From NCBI GenBank assembly GCA_030390025.1, contig CM059433.1, positions 30,010,001-30,074,000 of the forward strand: DNA of 64,000 bases. The letters run 5' to 3'. The translations under genes and the position numbers were made by a program. The notes under the pieces are model-generated. The model did no database searches. It saw only the letters and a list, made by a program, of their open reading frames with translations, and was not told the DNA's origin. Of this stretch, positions 24,061 through 36,040 are shown in pieces. The DNA is from Squalus acanthias. Lineage: Eukaryota. Positions within the stretch are counted from its first letter, which is position 1. Each line of letters opens with the position of its first letter.

Positions 24061-26273
24061 CTTAAATTAAATTGTGGGTGTAGGATATGATTAAATGAGT
24101 TAAACTGATCATTTTAGGGACTACACTTCAAAAGTGCTTCATTGGCTGTAAAGCGCTTTGGGAATGTCCTGAGGTTGTGAAAGGCGCTGTATAAATGCAC
24201 GTCTTTTGTTCGTCATGTTATTTATCTCTTGCACCATCATATTCAGGAAAGGTGACAGAGCTGCAGGTCTCTGACTTCAGGTTAGCAAAAACATGGAACA
24301 ATTGATTTGCCCTGGGCCATGTGCAAAGGCTTGCCAGATACCTTCAGTCTACATTATATCCAGTTTAGTTGGAGCCATGACATTTAATAGTTTAGATAAA
24401 CAAGGGTGGCTCCTGAGTATAGTTTGTGTCATAATCAGACCTTGCTTACTTTGGTTTAAAAAAGCAACCCATTTTAACGTGTCTTCCTCTTCAAGATCTA
24501 ACAGGGGGAATTTCCAAAGGGACTTTGGCAGGAAAGCCACAGAAAACCCAGAAAAGGGTTATTTTGCCTTCACGACCCTATCTGGAAGTCTGTTCCTGAT
24601 GTTGCTCACTCTGTGTGAAAAGGAATTGCCTTATATGGAGCCTAAAATTATCTGTTTAATTCATTTAAACATGTGTCACCTTCTCCTACCCCCGCAATTA
24701 CACTTAACAAGAAAGAACTTGCATTTCTATAGCACCTTTCACGACCTCAGGACATCCCAATGCACTTTACAGCCAATGAAGTACTTTTGAAGTGCAGCCA
24801 CTGTTGTAATGTAGTAAATGGAACCGCTAATTTGCACACAACAAGCTCCCACAAACAGCGATGGGATAAATGGCCAGATAACCTGTTTTAGTGATGTTGT
24901 TTGAGGGATGTTGGCCAAGACACCAGGGAGAACTCTCCTACTCTTCTTTGAAATAGTGCCACAGGATCTTTTACACCCACCTAAGAGGACAGCCTGGACC
25001 TCTGTTTAACATCTCATCCAAAAGACAGCACCTCCGACAATGCAGCACTCCCTCAGTACTGCACTGGGAGTGTCAGTCTGGATTATGTGCTCAAGTCTCT
25101 GGACTGGGGCTTGAATCCAAAACCCTTTGACACAGAGGCCAGAGTGCTAGCAACTGAGCCACGGATATTCTGGATTTACCTTTTCCATTTCCTTAACAAT
25201 CTTAGATACATCTATAAAATCACCTCAGAGGTGCTTCCTTTCTTGGCTGTATCGCCCATGTTTCTCCAATCTTTCCCCATAAGTCAGACACTTGCCAGTA
25301 AGAATTACCCTTGAGTTCTTCTCTACACTATCCTCGGCGCTTCAATGTTTTGATTGTTTCTTGGCTACTAGAACTGAATACCTAAACCTTTGGGCTAAAC
25401 TAGTAAAACTTATGGATGTGTAAAACTAAGTTTTAATGGAAACGTCATGCTGTGGAAATTTAGATTATCAGAGACATTCACCGAAGTACAAGTCTCCCGT
25501 AACTTGAACTAATGCCACAGGACCACGTGTTTGTCTATAGTTTCTCTCTTCTGCTATTTTAGTTGGGACGTTTTACTACGTCAATGGCGCATATGGCACT
25601 TGTTGTTGATGTTGATGATGATGATGAGATAAAACTGCAAATGCTGGAAATCTGAAACATTGTCCCAGAATTTGCGGTCCTGATGATGGCGAACTGGCAG
25701 CGTTCGCTGTCAGAAGTTGCGGTCTTTCATTAACAGCTCCTCCATGGGTTGTGCTGTGCCGCACCGCCCCCCCCCCCCCCAACCACAGAGCTGGCAATCA
25801 GTGGAATCTCTCAAATCATGGAAACTGATGAAAACTTAGGTTCTTCCGCAGTAATTATGCTGTGAAATGTCCCCACTAAAAGTTAGACCCAAAGGGATTA
25901 TTTATATTGGGGTTTTAACAGTGTATTGACTGCTAAACAAAGATTATGACCCTGAAAAACTAATTTTGATTTTGTGCAGTGTCAAATTTATCAATTTTAA
26001 TAAAAATAAAATTTTTAAGAAACTTTTTTAAAATTATTTTTAAAAGATTGTTCATCTTTATTTCAGGTTTGCCTTTTCCCCATGTGATAACCCCAAATTT
26101 TGTTTTGCTCTCTCTCTAAAATATTTAAGAAGTTTGAATTTTAAGAGCTTGCTCACTTCCTTGTTTGCTGTCTGTGGGAACTCAGCGTTTTGATTGGCTG
26201 CTTAACAGCTTGTTGACATCAGAGCAGCTCGCACTATGCAAGTTGTTGTTGTTTTCTCATTATATTGTTGACA

Positions 26274-26489
26274 TGATGTGGAGATGCCGGTGTTGGACTG
26301 GGGTGGATAAATGTGAGAAGTCGCACAACACCAGGTTATAGTCCAACAGCTTTATTTGAAATCACAAGCTTTCGGAGCGCTGCTCCTTCGTCAGGTGAAG
26401 TCACCTGACGAAGGAGCAGCGCTCCGAAAGCTTGTGATTTCAAATAAAGCTGTTGGACTATAACCTGGTGTTGTGCGACTTCTCACATT
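26274..26489 (-). mobile_element. Palindromic mini Penelope insertion carrying two head-to-head hammerhead motifs
   Basis: Perfect 89-bp inverted repeat (26310-26398 / 26401-26489) homologous to the pseudo-LTR at 53.9 kb. Flanked by a direct repeat CATTATA(T/C)TGTTGAC. Confidence 0.85.
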
Positions 26490-27649
26490 ATACTGTTGAC
26501 TGACCTTTTATGTGCCTCTAATATTTACTGTTATTGGCCCGGAATTTGCGGTCAGCGGCGAAGCAAAAGCATTTGAATTACGCATCGGAAAACCCAAACT
26601 TCTCGACACAGAGATCGCGAGATCTTTGTACGAAGCTTACTTTGGGGCCAGCGGCGAATTCCAGAGCTTAGGGCCAAGGCAGCTGAAGCCAGGTCCGCCA
26701 ATGGTGGAGCGATGAAAATTGGGGATGCGCAAGAGGCCAAAATTGGAGGAGCACAGAGATCTCGGAGGGTTGTAGGGCTGGAGGAGGTTACTGAAAAACC
26801 GAGTTTTGAATCCTCGATTGTGTAACCCTCATTCGGTCTGATCAAAGACACCCCCCCGATGTGCCAAATGCCTGTCTTTCCTTTTAACAGGTGCTGACCC
26901 AAGCTGTTCATTTAAAATGGGTGAACACATCCACTGAAAATAGCAGAATGAGGAATTTTCAGATAAAAGCGTTTGCATGTGATGTCCCGTGCATCATTTC
27001 AAGGACGGAATGCAACAGTTTAAACATGTGCAATGTGCGTTCGCAAGAAGAAAGGAAAAAAAAGATTACTAATGATTCGTCGAAAACATGACCCAGAGGT
27101 GGAATCAGCAAAATGTAGAGGAAAACTGAACTGCTTTAAACTAGTTGCTAATCTGCTGCCTGAACAACCATTTTATTTAATTAACCCCATCTAAAATATC
27201 AATAAAGTAGGAAGCTACAGTTGCCACCTGTCATGCAACTATATGATCTGATGAAAAAGACGTACTTTAATCATTGAAGTTGGATATTAATGTTAAGCTG
27301 TGTTCAATTGAGTTCAACTAAGGCTGTGCTATTGTAATGTTGAACTGAATCTTTTCATATTCAAATTTAGTTTTCACAGAAAATTTGACAAAGAAAACAC
27401 TTTTTGATTTTCCAAATCACCAGTAAAAATCTCAGAGTAAAAACAGAATTAAACTTATTCCATCGCAGTCACAACATCCAGTTTAGCCCAGTTAGTGCAA
27501 ATTTTGAAACCAACTTGTTGTTCTGTTGGTAATGATCACAGTGACAATGATATTATCCTTGCTTGTAGAAGTAACAAAACAAAATAATTGTTAGTTAGGA
27601 AGGCATCCTTGTGTTCGGTCGATCCTTGATAGCTCTCAGGTGAGATGAT

Positions 27650-28394
27650 GGCCCGTATTTTCCGATCGCAGGCCTCCCGCGGGTGGAGGCCTGAGATCTG
27701 GAAAAATCTGCGCCCTTACCTGAGGGCTTCCGGGACGCACACGCTTCCGCTCCTGGGCCTCTCCAAACTTGAAGTGCGCAGGGCCCACGTATCCCAGAGG
27801 CGCATGTAGTTCGCAGCGTCCCTGGGATCACGTGGGCCATGGGGAGCCAATCACAGAAGGGAATCTCCCTTCATACATTTGACAGGAAGACCTGTCAAAT
27901 ATATGAATGGAGATCAATGAAAAAACATAGTAAAACTTTAAATAATTTTTTTTAAAACATCACATTTTTAAAATGACTTGAAATTACTATAAATTAAGTA
28001 TTTTAAACAAAAATTTAATTTTTTGAAAAAAATAATTAAAGTTTTTTACAGGGCTAAAAATAAACTTACCTTTTTTTAAAAGTACTTTTAAATGATAAAT
28101 CAGTGAGTTTTTTTTCAACTCTTATCCTGGTAAAAGCAGGCCTTATGCCTGCTTTTACCAGGCGCAAGATTTGTACGGGTTTTCTGAGGGCGGAGGGTCT
28201 CCAAAAAGCGGAACTATCCGCCCGCAGAGGCCCTTCTCCAGGGCAGCCAGAGGATCTGTCAAGACCATTCTTGACAGATCGGAAATGCCGGTTTTCAGCG
28301 CATGCGCTGTGCATGCCTGAAACCGGCATTTCCAATGTCCCTACGGGTGGGTACACAGCGCGTACACACCCGTAGGGATCGGAATATCTGGGCC
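27650..28394. mobile_element. MITE of about 745 bp
   Basis: Imperfect 18-bp TIRs GGCCCGTATTTTCCGATC / GATCGGAATATCTGGGCC, with CpG-rich ends and an AT-rich core. Confidence 0.7.
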
Positions 28395-28559
28395 AATAGC
28401 TATATATATGGCACCCAATGCTGTGCCTCATTCGTGCTCATGTTGAACAGCAACCTAGTCAATGCTAATTGAGTCGGTTAACATACTTCAATGATGTAAT
28501 TAATACATTTGTACTACTTTATCATACTTACAAATCACCTGTTTGTTCTTCAGGCAGTA

Positions 28560-29015
28560 AAATGTCCCGTTCACCCATCACCCCTGTGCTCACTGATCTA
28601 CATTGGCTCCCAGTCCGGCAATGCCTCGATTTTAAAATTCTCATCCTTGTTTTCAAATCCCTCCGTGGCCTCGCCCCTCCCTATCTCCGTAACCTCCTCC
28701 AGCCATACAACTCACCGAGATCTCTGCACTCTTCCAATTCTGGCCTCTTGGGCATCCCCGATTTTCATCACTCCACCTTTGGCGGCCGTGCCTTCAGCTT
28801 CTTAGGCCCTAATCTCTGGAATTCCCTCCCTAAACATCTCCACATTTATACATTTCTCTCCTCCTCATAAAACCTACCTCTTTGACCCAATTTTTGGTCA
28901 CCTGTCCATCTCCTTGTGCAGCTCAGCGTCAAATTTTTCTTTAATGCTTCTGTAAAGTGCCTTGGGATGTTTTAATATGTTAAAGGTGCTATATAAGTGC
29001 AAATTGCTGTTGTTG
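28560..29015 (+). mobile_element. L2 LINE 3' fragment; others at about 4735-5000(-), 14875-15270(-), 37840-38130(-), 38375-38740(+), 50800-51320(-)
   Basis: Encodes SPITPVLTDLHWLPVRQ..FKIL..APPYL..LWNSLP. The 3' tail resembles that of the DeuSINE. Confidence 0.8.
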
Positions 29016-29040
29016 TTGAGTGTATATACTGTGATGCACA

Positions 29041-29495
29041 AAAGAAAGAACTTGGATTTATATAGCGCATTTCTAAACCTCAGGACGTCCCAAATCACTT
29101 TACCAGCAATGAAGTACTTTTTGAAGTGTAGTCACTGTTGTAATGCAGCAAATGCGGCAGCCAATTTGCACACAGCAAGATCCCACAAAAAGCAATGAAA
29201 TTAATGACCAGGTAATCTGTTTTTTAGTGATGTTGATTGAGGGATAAATATTGGCCAGGACACCAGGGGAGCTCCCCTGCTCTTGTTTTTAATTTTTTGA
29301 AATAGTGCCACGGAATCTTTACATCCACCGGAGAGGGCAGATGGGGCCTCGGTTTAACATCTCATCCAAAAGACAGCACCTGCGACAGTGCTGCACTCCC
29401 TCAGTACTGTCTTGAAGTGTCAGACTGGATTAAGTGTTCAAGTCTCTGGAATGAGACTTGAACCCACAACCTACTGACAAACAGCCAAGGCTGAC
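29041..29495 (-). mobile_element. SacSINE1-like DeuSINE; further copies at about 36125-36416(-), 37264-37708(-), 39160-39785(+), 41232-41670(-), 42517-42955(+), 55125-55563(-)
   Basis: The same Deu-domain consensus is recognisable in each copy. Confidence 0.8.
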
Positions 29496-30314
29496 ACTAC
29501 ACCACAGCTGTGTGGGACATGCCAGATGGACCAGTAGATCTTTCCCTCTCCGTCATTGTTCATATGATTAAGTGGTAAAGACAAATTATATGGTAGGATT
29601 ATGCTTTAAAATGTCAACCTCTAACATGCAGAACCATTAAACAATATGGTTAAAATTTTAAAAACCTCTCTTAAATGCTAATGACAGGAAATACATGGTG
29701 AAATTTGTTTTGTTTTCATGAGTAACTGTTATTTTATTTACTTAATGTCTTTTTTTGAAACTTTGATCTTTTTATTCACATGCAATCTCCTACTTTATTG
29801 CCAGCCTTCTTTATCATGTTGTATTGATTTTGTTAGACTGGGACACGGATGTGTGAGAATTACAGAATAGACTATCCAGCTATTTTCAAAGATAACAAAA
29901 TGCATGTGACTGTGTACAAAATGACATATTATGTGGGGAATACTTTACAGATCTTGCTGGAGCGGGACATCTCACGGCGTGCCCAGTTAGTTAGACTTTT
30001 TCCCTCACCTTTCAGCTCGAGAAATGTTTTTGTCCCGTAACTTGCTGGAAGTGCAAGCTGATAATGGTGCGGCGAGAGCAACGGGGATATCTGGAACCTG
30101 AGTGAACAATGGGACCAACAGTCTAGTTCCTTAACCAATGAAATTTAAGGATTGTGAAAGTAACAGAGGAACGACAGTGTAATATATGTGGGTAGAACAA
30201 ATGAAGGACAGAGACAGGATGAGTTGCTAGTTCATGTGCTTGCTTTACTAGGCCAGAGTGAACTGAACATGCTCATACTAAACCATGTGACAAACCATGT
30301 GATAATACATTACA

Positions 30315-31435
30315 CTGCTTTCCCCTTAAAAAAAGTATGTATTCCCCTCTCAAATACAACAAAACTATGGTCCCAACTTTCCCAGCATTACATGTACCAC
30401 ATAACAAAACTCCTGGCTTTTTTTTTAAATGAACTACAAATCCAGTTTAATAACAGGTTTGCGGGGCCTTCCTGATCTCCTTACAAAAGGTTTTGGTGTT
30501 GAACCAATTTTCGGGCTGTTTTGTTTTGGTTCCGAACTCAAAGAGGTAGGTACCACAACTCTGTTTCCCCCCTTGATACAACCTTGCTCACAAGACAATT
30601 CAGCACGACGGTTATGGAATAGTTTCAATTCTGTGTCCAGACTCTGATCAGTCCATCCATTCAAGGTGTTTTCATACACTCTTTTCAGTACTGAGTCCTT
30701 TTGAGTCTCATCTGCAATCTCAGTTGCATTCACGGGAAAGTCTATGTCAACTGCACCTAGTGTGAAAATCTCACCGTCACTCCCAACACGAGTCTTCATC
30801 TGGCAACCTGGACAAGGCATCTGCGATTGCGTTTTGCTTTGAAGTGCGATATTCAGTCGTGTAGTCATATTGTGACGACAACACTGCCCAACGTTGCATT
30901 CTTGATGCGGCCATTGCAGGGATGGCAGAGTTGGGCCCCAATATTGCTAGGAGCGGTTTGTGATCGGTTATCAGGGTAAACTTTCTGCCAATCAGGAACT
31001 GTTGGAATTTCTTAATTCCAAACACTATGGCGAGTGCTGCCTTTTCAATTTGCGCGTAGTTTCTTTCATTCTTTGTGAGGGTTCGCGATGCAAACGCGAT
31101 TGGTTTCTCTTGGCTGCCGTCCATTACGTGGCTCTCACACCATAACTGGAAGCATCACACACTAACGTAAGCTTACGCTCTGTGTCGTAGTGCACAAGTA
31201 GAGCATCGCTAGAGAGACTTCTCTTACAAGCGTCGTATGCTTCCTGTTGCACTTTCATCCACTTCCACTGGACATCCTTCTTGAGGAGCTCATGCAATGG
31301 AGCTAACATGGTCGCTAACTCAGGTAAGAAACGTGCGTAGTATTGGACCATTCCAAGGAAAGATCTGAACTCAGACACATTCTGTGGCTTTGGAACATTG
31401 ATGACCGCATCAACCTTTTCCTTAACTGATTGCAA
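30315..31435 (-). mobile_element. Gypsy/Ty3 LTR retrotransposon pol fragment (RT connection, RNase H, deleted integrase tail)
   Basis: Encodes FRSFLGMVQYYARF, LVCDASSYG, PIAFASRTLT..RNYAQIEK, TDHKPLL and C-terminal RRSGRPRKPVIKLDL. A polypurine tract AAGGGGAAAGCAG precedes TGTAATG at 30314, the probable start of a 3' LTR extending to about 29930. Confidence 0.88.
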
Positions 31436-32389
31436 AACAGAAAGGAAAAGTTAAACAAAATGTAAGCATTTAAAATTTGACATTTTTTAAATCTCTAGCA
31501 AGAATTTATTGCATGCTGCAATGAGATTGAACAGTTTAAATTGTTCCCTTTCTGGGCCCGAGAGGTTGAATCGGCATTGCATTAACAATTATCACATTGT
31601 TAAAAAGATACTTATGCTCTTAATTACCAACCCTAACTTTCTGCGGCGCATTTAATGGGCAATTAATGTGTAAACCCGGCAACTTCTTACAAATATTGGG
31701 GAGGTTGAGGGGGAGATGCTGTTTGTGTGAAGCAAACTGTGGAGCAGCGTAAATCAACCAGCAAGTTCTGGAGATTCACAACTCGCAGCGCATCTCCTAA
31801 TCCCCTGAACTTGCTGGCCGCTTCGCACATTAATAACGCCGTGCGTTATCAATATTATTTTTCCAGCAAATTCCGGCCCAGAGTGTGTTGTAAGGGAGCT
31901 GCATTTCAATGCTGCCATGCCTACAGAGATCCAGTATTGTACGAGAAGAAACATTTCATTACTGTGTAGAATTATAATCATTTAGTTGTTTTCATGCTTA
32001 ATGCATTTTTATTAATATGTATAAAAAATGGAAACATACTGGAAAATCGTCAAAACTTCAAAAACAAAGTATGGAATGATAAAAGGGCTAGTCAAACCTT
32101 TGGAACACAGGATCATAGGAATAGGAGTAGGCTTATCAGCCCCTCTAGCCTGTTCCGCCATTCAATTAGATCATGACTGATTTGTATCTTATCTCCATCT
32201 ACCTGATTTCATTCCGTAACCCTTAATACCCTTGCCTAACAAAAATCTATCGATCTCAGTTTTTAAATTTTCAATTGACCACCCCTCGCCCCCCACAAAT
32301 TATTTTGGGGGGAGAATTCCAGATTTCCACTACCCTTTGTGAGAAGATGTGCTTCCTGACATCACCCCGAATGGCCTAGCTTTAATTTT

Positions 32390-33317
32390 TTTTTTCGTTT
32401 ATGGGATCAGGGCGTCGCTGGCAATGCCAGCATTTATTGCCCATCCCTAGTTGCCCTTGAGAAGGTGGTGGTGAGCCACCTTCTTGAACCGCTGCAGTCC
32501 ATGTGGTGATGGTACTCCCACAGTGCTGTTAGGTAGGGAGTTCCAGGATTTTGACCCAGCGACGATGAAGGATCGGCGATATATTTCTAAGTCAGGATGG
32601 TGTGTGACTTGGAGGGGAACTTGGAGGTGGTGGTGTTCCCATGCACCTGCTGCCCTTGTCCTTCTAGGTAGAAGAGGTCGCGGGTTTGGGAGTTGCTGCA
32701 GTGCATCAGTAGATGGTACACACTGCAGCCACGGTACGCCGGTGGTGGAGGGAGTGAATGTATAAGGTGGTGGATGGGGTACCCTTCAAGTGGGCTGCTT
32801 TGTCCTGGATGGTGTCGAGCTTCTTGAGTGTTGTTGGAGCTGCACTCATCCAGGCAAGTGGAGAGTATTCCATCACACTCCTTACGTGTGCCTTGTAGAT
32901 GGTGGAAAGGCTTTGGGGAGTCAGGAGGTGAGACACTCGCCGCAGAATACCTAGCCTCTGACCTGCTCTTGTTGCCACAATATTTATGTGGCTGGTCCAG
33001 TTAAGTTTCTGGTTAATGGTGACCCCCCAGGATGTTGACAGTGGGGGATTCGGCGATGGTAATGCCATTGAATGTCAAGGGGATGTGGTTAGACTCTCGC
33101 TTGTTGGAGATAGTCATTGCCTGGCACTTCTGTGGCGCGAATGTTACCTGCCACTTATCAGCCCAAGCCTGAACATCGTCCAGGTCTTGTTGCATGCGGG
33201 CATGGACTGCTTCATTATCTGTGGAGTTGTGAATGGCGCTGAACACTGTGCAATCAGCGAACATCCCCATTTCTGACCTTATGTTGGAGGGAAGGTCATT
33301 GATGAAGCAGCTGAAGG
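32390..33317 (-). mobile_element. Same LINE family, minus strand, nested in a CR1 3' fragment
   Basis: Closely similar to the 21.4-22.3-kb copy in reverse. The CR1 tail at 32110-32385 resumes at about 33318. Confidence 0.85.
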
Positions 33318-33589
33318 TTATGCCCCCTTGTTCTGGACTCTCCCACCAGAGGAATAGTTTCTCTCTCTCTACCCTAACAACTCCTTTTAACTATGCTTCT
33401 TGCCACAGACTAAATATTTGCATGATTTCGCGCTCTCCTACTTTTATCTTCTGAGGCAAGTGAATAACCTAAGGTGAAACTGACAAAAAAGGCACTATGA
33501 TATGTTTCCTTACTCTGAAGGTAAATGAGGACAACTCCAGAGTAGCAAAATCAAAGTTGCCATTTAGAATTCTCAACCCTTGGCTATGC

Positions 33590-34155
33590 TGTTCCAACAC
33601 TGGCATCTACCCAACAATGTGAAAAATTGACCAGGTATGTCCTGTCCACAAAAGCCAGGACAAATCCAATCCATCCAATTACCGCCCCATCAGCCTAATC
33701 TCAATCATCAGCAAAGTGATGGAAGGTGTCATCGACATTGCTATCAAGTGGCACTTATTCACCAATAACCTGCTCATCGATGCTCAGTTTGGGTTCCGCC
33801 AGGACCACTCGGCTCCAGACCCCATTACAGCCTTGGTCCAAACATGGAGAAACAAGAGCTGAATTCGAGAGCTGAGGTGAGAGTGACTGCCCTTGACATA
33901 AAGGCAGCATTTGACCGAGTGTGACGCCAAGGAGCCCTAGTAAAACTGAAGTCAATGGGAATCAGGGGGAAAACTGTTCAGTAGCTGGAGTCATAGGAAG
34001 ATGGTTGTGGTTGTTTGAGGCCTATCATCTCAGCCTCAGGACATCACTGCAGGAGATTCTCAGGGCAGTGTCCTAGGCCCAACCATCTTCAGCTGCTTCA
34101 TCAATGACCTTCCCTCCATCATAAGGTCAAAAATGGGGATGTTAGCTGATCATTG
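33590..34155 (+). mobile_element. Fragment of the same LINE family, abutting CR1
   Basis: Overlapping homology with 21010-21470 (NYRPISL, DIKAAFDRV). Confidence 0.75.
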
Positions 34156-34159
34156 CACA

Positions 34160-36040
34160 GTAGGAGGGGCAAAGAGTATGAGAATAGATTGGCAGCTAAC
34201 ATAAAAGGAAATCCAAAAGTATTCTATAGGCATATAAATAGTAAACTGGTAGTAAGAGGAGGGGTGGGGCCGATTAGGGACCAAAATGGAGACCTACGCA
34301 TGGAGGCAGAGGGCATGGCTGAGGTACTAAATGAGTACTTTGCATCTGTCTTTACCAAGGAAGAAGATGCTGCCAAAGTCATGGTGAAAGAGGAGGTAGT
34401 TGAGATACTGGAAGGGATAAAAATTGATAAGGAGGAGGTACTAGAAAGGCTGGCTGTACTTAAAGTAGATAAGTCACCAGGACCAGATGGGATGCATCCT
34501 AGGATGTTGAGGGAAGTAAAGGTGGAAATTGCGGAGGTACTGGCCATAATCTTCCAATCCTCCTTGGATACGGGACTGTTGCCAGAGGACTGGAGAATTG
34601 CAAATGTTACACCCTTGTTCAAAAAAGGGTGTAAGGATAAACCTTACTACAGGCCAGTCAGTTTAACCTCGGTAACAGGGAAGCTTTTAGAAATGATAAT
34701 CCGGGACAAAATTAACAGTCACTTGGACAAGTATGGATTAATTAAGGAAAGCCAGCACAGATTTGTTAAAGGCAAATTGTGTTTAACTAACTTGATTGAG
34801 TTTTTTGATGAGGTAACAGAGAGGGTTGATGAGAGCAATGCAGTTGATAAGGTCTACATGGACTTCCAAAAGACGTTTGATAAAGTGCCACATAATAGGC
34901 TTGCCACCAAAGTTGAAGCCCATGGAATAAAAGGGACAGTGGCAGCACAGATGTGAAATTGGCTAAGTGACAGGAAACAGAGAGTAGTGGTGAATGGTTT
35001 TCGGACTGGAGGAAGGTACACAGTGGTGTTCCCCAGGGGTCGGTACTAGGACCACTGCTTTTCTTGATATATATTAATGACTTGGACTTGGGTGTACAGG
35101 GCACCGTTTCAAAATTTGCAGATGACACAAAACTTGGAAGTAGAGTGAACAGTGAGGAGGATAGTGATAGACTTCAAGAAGACATAGACAGGCTGGTGGA
35201 ATGGGCAGACACGTGGCAGATGAAATTTAACGCAGAAAAGTGTGACGTGATACATTTTGGTAGGAAGAATGAGGAGAGGCAATATAAATTAAAGACTACA
35301 ATTCTAAAGGGGGTGCATGAACTGAGACACCTGGGGGTATATGTGCACAAATCGTTGAAGGTGGCAGGGCAGGTTGAGAAAGCAGTTGAAAAAGCATACG
35401 GGATCCTGGGCTTCATAAACAGAGGCATAGAGTACAAAAGCAAGGAAGTTATGATGAACCTTTATAAAACACTGGTTCGGCCTCAACTGGAGTATTATGT
35501 CCAATTCTGGGCACCGCACTTTAGGAATGATGTGAAGGCCTTAGAGAGGGTGCAGAAAATATTTACAAGAATGATTCCAGGGATGAGAGACTTCAGTTAC
35601 GTGGATAGATTGGAGAAGCTGGGGTTGTTCTCCTTAGAGCATAAAAGGTTGAAAGGAGATTTGATAGAGGTGTTCAAAATCATGAGGGGTCTAGACAGAG
35701 TAGATAGAGAGAAACTGTTCCATTGGCGGAAGGGTCGAGAACCAGAGGACACAGATTCAAGTTGATTGGCAGAAGAACCAAAGGCGACATGAGGAAAAAC
35801 TTTTTTACGCAGCGAGTGGTTAGGATCTGGAATTCACTGCCTGAAAGGGTGGTGGAGGCAGATTCAATTGTGGCTTTCAAAAGGGAATTGGATAAGTACC
35901 TGAAGGAAAGAAAAATTCAGGGCTATGGGGAAAGGGCGGGGGAGTGGGACTAGCTGAAGTGCTCTTGCAGAGAGCTGGCACAGGCTCGACGGGCCAAATG
36001 GCCTTCTTCTGTGCTGTAACCATTCTATGATTCTATAGTT
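34160..36040 (+). mobile_element. CR1 LINE, 5'-truncated RT
   Basis: Motifs KSPGPDGMHPR, YRPVSLTSV, KFADDTKL and LVRPQLEY; (TTCTATGA) tail. Confidence 0.92.

Noticed and set aside
26310..26489. pre-miRNA hairpin or TIR-type MITE
   Set aside because: The arms are homologous to the pseudo-LTR attached to the Penelope GIY-YIG ORF at 53.9 kb, and the long TSDs fit retrotransposition.
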